Assembly: GCA_029258885.1 (NCBI GenBank)
Contig: JAPDJW010000019.1
Span: forward strand, 1-64,000
Direction of reading: 5' to 3'
Length of the DNA: 64,000 bases
Origin: Thermoproteota archaeon
Lineage (GTDB): Archaea; Thermoproteota; Thermoprotei; Thermofilales; B9-G17
Positions within the stretch are counted from its first letter, which is position 1. The number at the start of each line of letters is the position of its first letter. A program made the translations under genes and the position numbers. Below, piece after piece: positions 38,996 through 48,768 of this stretch. The notes beneath the pieces were generated by a model, which saw nothing but the letters and a program-made list of their open reading frames with translations, did not search any database and was not told where the DNA came from.

Positions 38996-40288
38996 TTGAG
39001 GGTAGGCTATAGTAGATCCGTTATTACTCCACCCATAGGAACCTTTATGGCTGGCTACGCCGCTAGAACTAAGCCGTCGATAGGGGTACACGACGAGTTA
39101 TACGTCAGAGCAATATACGTTGAGGATGGGGAGGAGAAGTTTATATCGTTAGCCCTAGACATACTCGGCGTTGACGTGGAGCTAGCGTCCAGGATATCGG
39201 AGATAATAAGCAAAGAGCTTCCGATCGAACGTGAAAAGATAATGATTTCGGCAACCCATACACATGCTGGACCAGATATTCAGGGAGACTACTCTCAGAT
39301 CAGGAATTACCTTAGGGAATATATAGTTGATGCATGCTGTGGAGCGGCTATGGCCGCGTATAATAACTTAAGAGAGGTATCGGTTGTACAAGGCGTTGGC
39401 TCCGTTGAGGGAATAACCGTTAACAGGAGGAATCCGGTAAAGGGTTCCGTTGACCCAAGGCTGCACGTTATCGGATTTAGGGTCGGCAGATGTCCCTATG
39501 CGGCAATTATAAACTTTACCTGTCATGCAGTTGTTCTAGGCCATAATAACCTGTACATTAGTGCTGATTATCCAGGTACGCTGAATAAATATGTAGAGAT
39601 TTTAACTGGAGCTAAATCACTCTTCCTAAACGGCACCTGTGGCGACATTAACCCATATACTCCGGGAACAGACCTAAATAGGGTTTACGATAGAAGCGTT
39701 GGAACGTTCGACGACGTGGAATGGATGGGTAAGATACTCGCATGCGAGGCCGTGAAAACGATGTTGCTAAGGGAAGCTGAGGACGGTCGTCTATATATTA
39801 GGGCTAAGAAGCTGAGGATTGGAGTCAGGAAGCCGTATACTTTATCCGAAGCCGAGGAAATGCTCAGAAGAGCTGAGGAGAAGTACAAGGAGGCTCAGAA
39901 GAGCGGGGATTCGAAGAAGATAATTGAAGCCAGCTATGAGCGCTGGTTGGCTAGAAAAACATATGACACATTGAAGATCTACAAGGATATAGATGCAATA
40001 GAAACATGGATGGGTGCGGTAAGTTTCAGCCCGTCATGTGCCATGGTTTTCCTGCCAAGTGAAATTGTAGTTAAAGTTGGACTTGAGATTAAACGTAGAT
40101 CTCCATTTGAAAATACGGTTGTCGTTGCGTATACTAACGGGTACTTCGGCTATATTCCGATGCTCGACGAATATGAGAAAGGCGGCTATGAAACAATATT
40201 TCCTGTCTCAATAGTGGAGAAGGGCACGGGAGAAAAACTCATAGATGAGGCGATATCACTGCTAATGCATCTTAGGTCCCTCTACTAA
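38996..40288 (+). CDS. Neutral/alkaline ceramidase-like amidohydrolase
   Basis: GVHDELYVRA, SATHTHAGP, NFTCHAVV, ISADYPG, LNGTCGDINP, and GYIP...Y..GGYE. Confidence 0.85.
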   Translation: MRVGYSRSVITPPIGTFMAGYAARTKPSIGVHDELYVRAIYVEDGEEKFISLALDILGVDVELASRISEIISKELPIEREKIMISATHTHAGPDIQGDYSQIRNYLREYIVDACCGAAMAAYNNLREVSVVQGVGSVEGITVNRRNPVKGSVDPRLHVIGFRVGRCPYAAIINFTCHAVVLGHNNLYISADYPGTLNKYVEILTGAKSLFLNGTCGDINPYTPGTDLNRVYDRSVGTFDDVEWMGKILACEAVKTMLLREAEDGRLYIRAKKLRIGVRKPYTLSEAEEMLRRAEEKYKEAQKSGDSKKIIEASYERWLARKTYDTLKIYKDIDAIETWMGAVSFSPSCAMVFLPSEIVVKVGLEIKRRSPFENTVVVAYTNGYFGYIPMLDEYEKGGYETIFPVSIVEKGTGEKLIDEAISLLMHLRSLY

Positions 40289-40554
40289 ACCTCCATGGAA
40301 CGTAGTCATAGTTGATTTACCTTATACTTGGGAACTTTAATCTTTTCTCGCTTCTCCATGGCTTAGGCAATTTAGCTTCAAAATAATGTATACTTCTATT
40401 CCTTCCTTAAGTTAACTATTCCTCTATCATTAGTATCATTAGGATTGTATATCGGGTGACATTACGATTGGTTTACTATTAGACCATGCAATGATATTCT
40501 CAGCTAAATCTAAAGCTCCTAAGGTTCATTTCATGATGCCAATAAAACGAGAAG

Positions 40555-41340
40555 CTAGGAGATAATGATAGGATATCGAGTAAAATAAATAATTCCCTCA
40601 TCACTTAATAAGCTACTTAGTATAGTATCTTTTAAAAGAGTCTCTAGCGCCATTTTATTGCCATCTATTACTAATGTATTTTTAACTAATCTAACGCCGT
40701 GGCTGTAGTCGTAGTAGCTTGCCTTATGTACAATGCTTAGGGGCTGTATTGGTTTGCCATTGGGGTAATGCCAGCCGTAGATAGCAACTCTATCTGGGTG
40801 TTTTAAAAGCTTATTTGTAATGACCACGTCCTTTTTATGGCCTGCGGTTAACGCTCCTAATGGTTTACCTCTCCGCTGGTTTTCGATGAGCATTTGATGT
40901 AGGAGGAATATTAGGGGCGACGTGATATCGTATTTTCTTACGTCTATTGGCTGGGGATTTAGCTTAACTTTTGCGTGGCGCCATATATCGTCGACGATCT
41001 TTTTCGTGGGTAGTAGGCAGTTGAGTTGGTCGGCTATTCTTTGGGCTGTTTGTGGCGTCATTGGTATCCGTATGAAGTCCCTATCGGAGCCTACTGATAG
41101 ATAGTCTGGTAGAACCCAGTAGGCAACTCTATGCCTTTCCCCGTTTAAGTCGACTCCGACCGTCTCTATTTTAACGAATTTCCTGAGGAAGCTCGGAATA
41201 TTGCCGCTTATAATTTCACTGTAGATGGCTTTATCCCTCTCTTCAGGCGGCAGTGTGGCTAGGTACTTGGTGAATTCGCTTCCAGTAAGTGCCTCCTCAT
41301 CCCTAGGTGGGATTTTCAACAGTATTTTCGATGAAGCCAT
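40555..41340 (-). CDS. Conserved hypothetical protein, bacterial-type
   Basis: DYLSVGSD.DF.RIPM.P..AQ.IA, AGHKKDVV, VAIYGWH, and H...Y.DYSHG.RLV; recalled as a bacterial hypothetical family. Confidence 0.7.
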   Translation of the reverse strand: MASSKILLKIPPRDEEALTGSEFTKYLATLPPEERDKAIYSEIISGNIPSFLRKFVKIETVGVDLNGERHRVAYWVLPDYLSVGSDRDFIRIPMTPQTAQRIADQLNCLLPTKKIVDDIWRHAKVKLNPQPIDVRKYDITSPLIFLLHQMLIENQRRGKPLGALTAGHKKDVVITNKLLKHPDRVAIYGWHYPNGKPIQPLSIVHKASYYDYSHGVRLVKNTLVIDGNKMALETLLKDTILSSLLSDEGIIYFTRYPIIIS

Positions 41341-41484
41341 ACTTAAAGGAGAGAGCTAACCTATAAATTTCTCACGGCTACAACTATTGACCGGAATTAG
41401 CCGAAATAAATCAAGGCTTAAGTTAAATAATGATAAAATTAGGTTTAAAATAAGGGAGGAATAATAGCTAGGTAAAAAATTAGT

Positions 41485-42666
41485 TTATTTTATGAGTGGT
41501 CTTTCCCTTAAGACTCTCCGTATTTTGATGTCCTCTACTAGCTCTAGGAGCTTCTGGTATGCTAATATCCTTGCTATATTCTTTGATCCTAGTGGTGCCG
41601 GCCTCTTCATGTAGAAGGCGTTTATCTCGTATACTGTTCCACTTAGTCCGGCATCTAGCGCTAGCTTGCCTAGTCTGGCTAGGTCGACCATGTAGCCTGC
41701 TAGTGCTGGGCTGTCGTTTATTCTCATGTTTACTATTATCTCGTCTACTGCACCGTTGAACGACTCGTACATTATGTGCATTGCTACGAACTTCTTGTCT
41801 CCGAGGGGTTCAAGGTATCCCGTTGGCCTAATGTAGTGTGGAACATCATATCCCAGGATGTCCTGTACAACGCTTGACTTTGTGAACCTCTTTGCCCTGT
41901 TTCTACGGTCGTCGAGCAGTGCTAGGAAGTCCGTGTTTCCACCAATGTTGAACTGTGCAATCGAATATACCCTGCGAGCTCTCTCCCTTAGATGTTCTAG
42001 GAGGTCTGCTGTCAATGGTGTGGCACCCGTAGCTCCATCGTCTCCAAGTATTAATGCATCGAATTTCTTGGCCGCATCGACTATAGCTGGGCTGTTGGCT
42101 ACGGGTGTCGGTATAAGGTTTATGTAGGCGACTGGTTGAACCTCCTGTGCATACTTTAACGCTAAGTAGGCGTATACCTGTGATGGAGCCGCAGCTCCCT
42201 CTAGGACGTCCTCCTCATATTTGCTCCAGTCCTCGTATACCTCGCCTTCCTGAGTTGTGGTTACGTCGAGTATGACGTCTGGTTTAAGCCTCCTCAGCAG
42301 CTCATATACCTTGTCTAGTGCCTCCTGATAATCCTCGTCGATGTTCCTAACGGGGAATAGGTCGTCGACTAGGTTCATGCTGATTCCAGGGTAAACCCTG
42401 ACGTTCTTTAGAGTCTCTGGCACGTTATCCATCCTATAGAACTTCCTCGCCACGTCGTATATTGTCTGCCCTACCTTCCTCGCATCTACCTCTATTGTGC
42501 CGACTACCTCGACTTCATCGATACTTACGCCTAAGTCTACGTCAGCTAGTGGTACGCCGTATGGCTTTATCTCGCCTGCCTTTATCCTCTCCAATCCTAC
42601 GCTAAATGTTGTTCCAACCATACCTAAGCCTAATATGACTGTCCTAACCATAACAACCACCCCCAC
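41485..42666 (-). CDS. ino1: Myo-inositol-1-phosphate synthase
   Basis: ILGLGMVG, GDDGATGATP, QFNIGGNTDFL, GDKKF, and RINDSPALAG. Confidence 0.92.
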   Translation of the reverse strand: MGVVVMVRTVILGLGMVGTTFSVGLERIKAGEIKPYGVPLADVDLGVSIDEVEVVGTIEVDARKVGQTIYDVARKFYRMDNVPETLKNVRVYPGISMNLVDDLFPVRNIDEDYQEALDKVYELLRRLKPDVILDVTTTQEGEVYEDWSKYEEDVLEGAAAPSQVYAYLALKYAQEVQPVAYINLIPTPVANSPAIVDAAKKFDALILGDDGATGATPLTADLLEHLRERARRVYSIAQFNIGGNTDFLALLDDRRNRAKRFTKSSVVQDILGYDVPHYIRPTGYLEPLGDKKFVAMHIMYESFNGAVDEIIVNMRINDSPALAGYMVDLARLGKLALDAGLSGTVYEINAFYMKRPAPLGSKNIARILAYQKLLELVEDIKIRRVLRERPLIK

Positions 42667-43073
42667 AAGCGTGATATAATCTTAGTTTATTTATTGTATA
42701 TAATATGGAGAGAAATGTGCATAAACCAATAGCATAAATAATGTAAATACTCTTCTATATAAACTTTTCGCCAGAAAAGAGGCTAATTAGAACACTTTTT
42801 AATTTTTAGAAAGTTATAGGGTGATGGAATCTAGTTGACCTAGAGTTATTCGATGTATCGTATAAGGAAATAATCATGTTAGAGTGCTAGATAGAGGTTT
42901 ACCCTGATACCATTATACTGTGTTATTGATGCATATAGTTTGCTCACAGTTTAAAACGTTGCTATAGCTGGAATGTTGTTAGTCAGCGTAATATATATAA
43001 TGATTTGCTATATATTTTCATGAAAATGGATGATAGAAAATGAGACTAAGATTTTGTTTACCTTATTCTACAA

Positions 43074-44237
43074 TTGATGTATGGAGGTGAGATTATTAAA
43101 AGCTATGAAATAGATAATGCGCTTTTAGTCTACACTGTATTATTGTTGCTTACCCTCACCTATATTTTCTCTTCCTACAAGCCTATTATCTTTAACTCCC
43201 TTATGTTGGCCGTTATAGATGTAGCTATTGTTCTCCTATGGTTTATAAATCCTATTAGATTGAGGAGAGCTGTTCAAATGAAGTCTAGGGCTTTAAGCTA
43301 CATAGAATTTATAACGGGGAGAACCTCGAGATTCTACCTTGCTATAATCCTTATTATAGCCTTCCTAGCCTCTAGCCTAATTCGAAGCTCCCCTATAGTT
43401 GTGGTGTTCAGTTCTAGAAACTGCTCCTGTTGTGTAGAGCAGATTAACCTATTTAAGGATAAGTTTAGGGAGCTATATGTTATTGAACGTGATATATATT
43501 CTAGCTCCCTCTATGAAGATGTTTTAATGGAAATATATGGCACGTTATCTATTCAGGGATATGGCGTACCTCTTTCGATCGCTATAGTGGATTCTAGAAT
43601 TGTAGCTGTTGTTGGCTGTATAGGTAACTACAGCTTTTGGAATAGGATTTTTAATGATGAAAGCATTTATGACAGCATATTTTCTACTCAGGAGTACCGT
43701 GTGTTAGATAAGCATGTGGCTGATAGAATACTCTATCTCAGTATACTTGTTAGGGCATATGATTACGTATATCTATCCATACTAGCTCTACTACTTCTTC
43801 TTCTAGCATCTATCGTATGCGTTAAAGTAGCTCCGCTGAACTTACAGGGTTTGGTGAATATTAACTTAACCTTATTTACTGTGTTTGCTATTCAGTTTCT
43901 CGTAGGTTATCCGTTAGTTAACTATGTATCGTTAGGTGTTTTTACGCTATTCTCAATTTTCCTGATTGTTGCTGCAAGCGTTTATAGGCTCCCTGTAGAT
44001 GGTGGAGGTGTATTGAGCTTCTCGTATCCATTTCTACTACTATTTAACTATATGTTGTATACAAAGCATATTGATACTTGGCTTTTAGTGCCTTCAACAT
44101 TCTTGGTGGTTAATACAATATGGTTTACCGTAAAGTTTCTTAGCGAGAGAGTAAGTCGAGTAAACAAGATTCTACAGGTACTTGAGGTAGTAATCGGCTT
44201 AACTATAACGGATCTAGCATTATTAGTGTATTATTAG
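43074..44237 (+). CDS. Membrane protein with central thioredoxin/glutaredoxin-like CxxC domain
   Basis: N- and C-terminal TM blocks; VFSSRNCSCC...GVPLSIAIVD. Confidence 0.6.
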   Translation: MMYGGEIIKSYEIDNALLVYTVLLLLTLTYIFSSYKPIIFNSLMLAVIDVAIVLLWFINPIRLRRAVQMKSRALSYIEFITGRTSRFYLAIILIIAFLASSLIRSSPIVVVFSSRNCSCCVEQINLFKDKFRELYVIERDIYSSSLYEDVLMEIYGTLSIQGYGVPLSIAIVDSRIVAVVGCIGNYSFWNRIFNDESIYDSIFSTQEYRVLDKHVADRILYLSILVRAYDYVYLSILALLLLLLASIVCVKVAPLNLQGLVNINLTLFTVFAIQFLVGYPLVNYVSLGVFTLFSIFLIVAASVYRLPVDGGGVLSFSYPFLLLFNYMLYTKHIDTWLLVPSTFLVVNTIWFTVKFLSERVSRVNKILQVLEVVIGLTITDLALLVYY

Positions 44238-44432
44238 CAGAGCTTATAGCATCTCATATTCAAAAATGTAGTAAAGAGCAGTTATCATATCATTAATAAG
44301 GAGTGCGTAGAAAGTACTTTGTAATACTGCTAAAACCCTGAAGGTGGCATAATATTTATCGATGAACTGTATATTAACGGTAAACAGCTAACATGAGCTT
44401 TTGATATAAACATGTCCCACAAGAGAATCTAG

Positions 44433-44675
44433 GTGTATTTATCAGCTAGGAGGCTCTTTAACGACTATATGCTGTATCGATATGAAAATTGGTTGCTACC
44501 AGTCTCGACCCCAGAGAAAACGTTGCTGGATACTATATACTATAATTATCCCTTCCAGGACGAGATAGTTGATGATTTAATTAATAAGATAAGCATCCTT
44601 AAAATAAGGAATTTGCTTAAAGAGCTGCCATATCCCAAGAGGGTTAAAGAGAAAATATCTAAAATGTTAAAATAA
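44433..44675 (+). pseudogene. AbiEi-like antitoxin C-terminal fragment
   Basis: VSTPEKTLLDTIY motif; no N-terminal wHTH upstream. Confidence 0.6.
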
Positions 44676-45131
44676 AGCTGTTAGGCTGGATGTTATGCTA
44701 CACTAAGATTTCCATATATGAAGCCATTTACGTGTACCTTATGGAATACGTAATTGGCGGATAACTACTTAAATTATTTTCTTTAGGTTAGGGCTGTTGA
44801 TCTAAATGTAAATAGATTCTTATTCTGATTAACGGTTATATATTCGGGTTATAGAGGAATTATGACTTAGGTATATGATGATTAGGATTAAAGATTAATT
44901 TCACAGGAAGTTTTAATTCTATCTTGTACTCTATTCTAGGAGAATTATCTGGTGGACTTATACACTCTGAAATAACAGCACTAGTGGTTGGAAATCTGAT
45001 GAATTCTCAATACATAGTTTTAGGGAAAAATTTAAATTTACCTGTATAGTAGAAATATATGAATATATTTGTACGCTAACTTGCTTCTATGATTCATTTA
45101 TCCCAATAATTATTTAATAGGGTGATTTAAA

Positions 45132-45926
45132 ATGATGTTAGATGCTATAGTGCTTGCAGCTGGATTAAGTGAGAGGTTTAGGGAGGCTGGCTATGGATTT
45201 AAGGTAGTTGCTCCAGTTGGCTCTATACCACTCATAGTGTATCCTTTAATGAGCCTAAAGGCATCCGGTATTAGTAGGATAGTTATCGTCGCTAATCCCG
45301 AAAATAAACGCTTACTAGAGGAGGTTATTGAGGAGTGGTTCGTGGATTTAAATGTAAGGTTTATAGTCAATAATGATGTATCGAGGGAGAACGGCTACAG
45401 CCTATACTTAGCCTGCAGGAGTGTTGGAACAGATAGTTTTCTACTCTCCATGGCTGACCACCTGTATCCGCATAGTATTCCACGTAAACTTATAGAGGCT
45501 AGGGAAAACGTGGAGTGGGATATAATCGTCGCTGGGGATAGGAACCCATTATACGTGGATATTTCCGAGGCTACGCTTATAGATGCATCTAACGGCAGGG
45601 TTCTTAAGGTGGGTAAAGGGTTAAAGCGTTGGAGATATGTTGATGCAGGAGTATTTCTAATGAGGAAGAGTGTTCTTGAAGTACTTGAGAACATGGTAAG
45701 GGAGAGATACGTTGTTAAGCTCAGCGACATCCTCAATACGGCTATTAGGATGGGGTACAGTGTTCTAGTAGCTGATATAACCGGTATCCCCTGGACCGAG
45801 TTGGATTCACTTGAGGATTACCGCTCCATTCTGTATGGTGTTAGGAAAAAAGTTGTTGAGGAGGTGGTGAAGGAATGGGGAAAATTATTGGAAAACGTAC
45901 AGATGGTCCAATCTCACGCCATATAA
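45132..45926 (+). CDS. ipct: NTP transferase, CTP:inositol-1-phosphate cytidylyltransferase (IPCT)
   Basis: AIVLAAGLSERF, RENGYSL, MADH, VDAGVF, and WTELDS; adjacent to a DIPPS-type gene and near ino1. Confidence 0.8.
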   Translation: MMLDAIVLAAGLSERFREAGYGFKVVAPVGSIPLIVYPLMSLKASGISRIVIVANPENKRLLEEVIEEWFVDLNVRFIVNNDVSRENGYSLYLACRSVGTDSFLLSMADHLYPHSIPRKLIEARENVEWDIIVAGDRNPLYVDISEATLIDASNGRVLKVGKGLKRWRYVDAGVFLMRKSVLEVLENMVRERYVVKLSDILNTAIRMGYSVLVADITGIPWTELDSLEDYRSILYGVRKKVVEEVVKEWGKLLENVQMVQSHAI

Positions 45927-46507
45927 ATAGAAAGTTTTCAAGTAAAATTACTAGCTTCATACTAAGACACGATATACCGGTTACTCCAAACCAAGTTTCG
46001 CTAATAAGCTTCCTGACGGCAGTGGTAGGCGCCCTACTCTACCTGTGGCGGCTTGATCCAGTAGCGGGAATACTTGTACAGCTGGCGTCAATAGTGGATG
46101 GAGTTGATGGTGAGCTGGCGAGAGCTAGGAGTATGGCGTCGCCAGTCGGTGCATTCCTTGACTCGCTGTTGGATAGAATTGCTGATGCCTTCGTCATTTC
46201 AATGCTTACTCTCACGGCCTTCTGGATTTATGGGTGGCAGGCCTTTCTCGTAGGCATTATAGCCCTCTTCGGAAGCCTTATGGTTAGCTATATTCACGCA
46301 CAGGGTGTCACTAACCTGAAGGTGGCCGTATCGGAGATCGGTAAAGTTAGAACCTTTGCATCAAGGGATGTGAGGTTATTCATAGTCTTCCTTGGAAGCA
46401 TATTCTTTAGGCCATTGGAAACACTAATAGTTTTAGCAATTATAACTCACAGCTACTATATCCCAAAGATGATAGATGTTTATCTCTATTATAGGAAGAG
46501 GGATTAG
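45875..46507 (+). CDS. dipps: CDP-alcohol phosphatidyltransferase, di-myo-inositol-phosphate phosphate synthase (DIPPS)
   Basis: DGPISRHINRKFS, TPNQVS, DGVDGELARA, G..LDSLLDR, and ASRDVRLF. Confidence 0.8.
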   Translation: MGKIIGKRTDGPISRHINRKFSSKITSFILRHDIPVTPNQVSLISFLTAVVGALLYLWRLDPVAGILVQLASIVDGVDGELARARSMASPVGAFLDSLLDRIADAFVISMLTLTAFWIYGWQAFLVGIIALFGSLMVSYIHAQGVTNLKVAVSEIGKVRTFASRDVRLFIVFLGSIFFRPLETLIVLAIITHSYYIPKMIDVYLYYRKRD

Positions 46508-46611
46508 TGAACATTAGGAAATAATAGGCTTAATTTAGTTAGCGGAGAATATAAGCTGTAATAATAGCCGTCTAGGAAAGGCTTAAGTTTACTAAAGGAT
46601 ACACTATTGCC

Positions 46612-47583
46612 ATGGTTAAGGTAATTATCTACGAACCGGGATACGAGGAGGAGATAGTATCTCTATGGAATAAGTGTCTATATAGGGATCCTATAAATAT
46701 CGAGGTTTTCGAGAGAAAGATACTTCTCGACCCTAACTTCAGCCATGACGGGTTCTTAATAGCTATTAAAGATGGTAAACCCGTAGGTTTCGCGTATAAC
46801 GTAGTTAGGAGATATCCTCTGCTTAAGGATGAGGATGAAAGGGATAAGGATAGGGGATGGATTGTAGCCTTCGGAGTTGATCCTGCGGTTAAAGGCAGTG
46901 AAGTCGGGGATATACTAATAGAGAAATCCCTTGAATACCATAGGAAGATGGAGAGAAGAATTGTCCTTTACTCCCCCTATATACCCAACTACTTTTTCCC
47001 AGGTATCGATGTCGAGGCATACCCCCATGAATACAATATTCTATTAAGGCACGGCTTCACGGAGGTTGCTGGTGCAGAGAGTTATGCCATGGACGCCGAC
47101 CTGTGGCCCGACTTTAAATTCCCGGAGGATATACTTGAGAAGGAGAGGAGATTGAAGCTTAAGGGCATTGAAATAGTGAAGTTATCTACTAAATACATCT
47201 ATCCCTTCATGAGCTTTATGAAAAACCACATGCCAGCCGACTGGTATAGGCATGCTAGGGAATTATTGCTGCATAATCGGAAGGAGCAGATAATTATAGC
47301 TGTTAAGGACGGCGAGGTAGTTGGCTACTGTCAGTTCTGGAACGGCGAAGGATATAGCTGGCATGCTCCGGGTGCGCACTTCGGTCCCTTTGGCGTCAGG
47401 GAGGATATGAGGGGCATGGGGATAGGTTCAGTTCTGCTGTATAGGTGTCTGGTTGCTATGAGGGAATATGGTATTCATAGGGCGTTCCTCCTCTGGACGG
47501 GGGAGAGGGCCCGCAGGCTATATGAGAGGTTCGGATTTAGGGTAACACGTAGATTTAAGATCATGAGGAAGGTCCTCGGGTGA
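46612..47583 (+). CDS. Double-GNAT N-acetyltransferase (GlmA-like glucosamine acetyltransferase candidate)
   Basis: LWN...DPI...F.RKILLDPNF, PNYFFPGID, and FGPFGV....RGMGIG..LL. Confidence 0.8.
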   Translation: MVKVIIYEPGYEEEIVSLWNKCLYRDPINIEVFERKILLDPNFSHDGFLIAIKDGKPVGFAYNVVRRYPLLKDEDERDKDRGWIVAFGVDPAVKGSEVGDILIEKSLEYHRKMERRIVLYSPYIPNYFFPGIDVEAYPHEYNILLRHGFTEVAGAESYAMDADLWPDFKFPEDILEKERRLKLKGIEIVKLSTKYIYPFMSFMKNHMPADWYRHARELLLHNRKEQIIIAVKDGEVVGYCQFWNGEGYSWHAPGAHFGPFGVREDMRGMGIGSVLLYRCLVAMREYGIHRAFLLWTGERARRLYERFGFRVTRRFKIMRKVLG

Positions 47584-48293
47584 CGGTGGTGAGTTCTAGG
47601 AGGACGCTGGCTGTTGTAGGCGCCCATGTCGGCGACTGTGAGGTCATGGCTGGTGGAATTGCCGCTAAGGCTGTTGCTGAGGGATACTCCGTATACTTCA
47701 TTCACATGACCTATGGTGAGAAGGGTCATCCTAAGCTTAGTCCTGAGGAGTATTTGAGGCAGAAGAAGCTTGAGGCGGAGATATTCGCTAAAAGGCTGGG
47801 AATTAACGTACGCTTCATGGGCCTTAGGGATGGTGAGGTAGAGAATAACGTTGATGTAAGGATTAGGTTGGCCGAGCTTATAAGGAGTATAAGGCCTAGC
47901 CTCATTATAACCCACTGGAAGGGGAGCATACATAGGGACCATATAGCTACGTATCAAATAGTTATGGACTCCGTTTTCTATGCAGCCAATAGGTGGTTTA
48001 AGGTAAGGGGAGAGCCCTGCTGGGCTAGGGTGTTTTTCGCCGAGAACTGGGAGGATCACGATGGTTATCAACCTGAAATATACGTTGATATATCGGATGT
48101 CTATGATAAGTGGATTAGCGCACTACGTGAATGCGCCTTCGCACGTGGAGAAACAGGATTTAACTACATCGACTACTACTCCAGCCTAGCTAGATTGAGA
48201 GGGCTTGAATCAGGCACAACCTATGCTCAAACGCTAATGCGGCCTTGGTATCTACGTAGAATTAGGATTAAGAGAATGGATGCACTAATATAG
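47580..48293 (+). CDS. PIG-L/LmbE-family deacetylase
   Basis: VVGAHVGDCE, HMTYGEKG, and ITHW..SIHRDH; overlaps the GNAT stop. Confidence 0.85.
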   Translation: MTVVSSRRTLAVVGAHVGDCEVMAGGIAAKAVAEGYSVYFIHMTYGEKGHPKLSPEEYLRQKKLEAEIFAKRLGINVRFMGLRDGEVENNVDVRIRLAELIRSIRPSLIITHWKGSIHRDHIATYQIVMDSVFYAANRWFKVRGEPCWARVFFAENWEDHDGYQPEIYVDISDVYDKWISALRECAFARGETGFNYIDYYSSLARLRGLESGTTYAQTLMRPWYLRRIRIKRMDALI

Positions 48294-48296
48294 CTG

Positions 48297-48755
48297 CTAG
48301 CTATCTTTAATGAACTTAATCCTTGGGTTAAGGCGGTTTTCGATAAATGCTTCAATAACTTTTTCTAAATTAAGTTCTTTAGCATAGTATAGGTGGGTGG
48401 GGCAGGATCTACAGTCGAATGAACCGAATTTCCTTATGTATGGTTTAAAGCCTCTAGATAACAGCGAAAGCGATATATTGCATTCAACCCTTTCGGTGCT
48501 GTGAGCATATACTATAAGTACGGGTTTAAATAGCTGATTTACCGTGAGATAATCTATATGCCACCTAACCTTCTTACTGCTTCTGAGATGTCTGTAAATT
48601 CTAGCTCTAAGCCCTCCTGGACCCAGTGCTGAGCCAACATAATAGTAGTATCCCGGCTTGAACAGCTGGTAGGATAGGCTTCCAACCCTTAATTTAATCT
48701 TTCTATTTAGATGTAGGACTAATACGTATACTCCTTTTTCATTTGGTATTTCCAT
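48297..48755 (-). CDS. GIY-YIG nuclease, DUF123 family
   Basis: GVYVLVL, YYYVGSA.GPGGL..RI.RH, WHIDYL, and FGS.DC..C..HL. Confidence 0.88.
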   Translation of the reverse strand: MEIPNEKGVYVLVLHLNRKIKLRVGSLSYQLFKPGYYYYVGSALGPGGLRARIYRHLRSSKKVRWHIDYLTVNQLFKPVLIVYAHSTERVECNISLSLLSRGFKPYIRKFGSFDCRSCPTHLYYAKELNLEKVIEAFIENRLNPRIKFIKDS

Positions 48756-48768
48756 TGGAAAACTCAGC

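Noticed and set aside
44338-44397. PEGGIIFIDELYINGKQLT fragment resembling a Walker B or a CBM strand
   Set aside because: About 19 codons with no supporting flanks; too short to assign.
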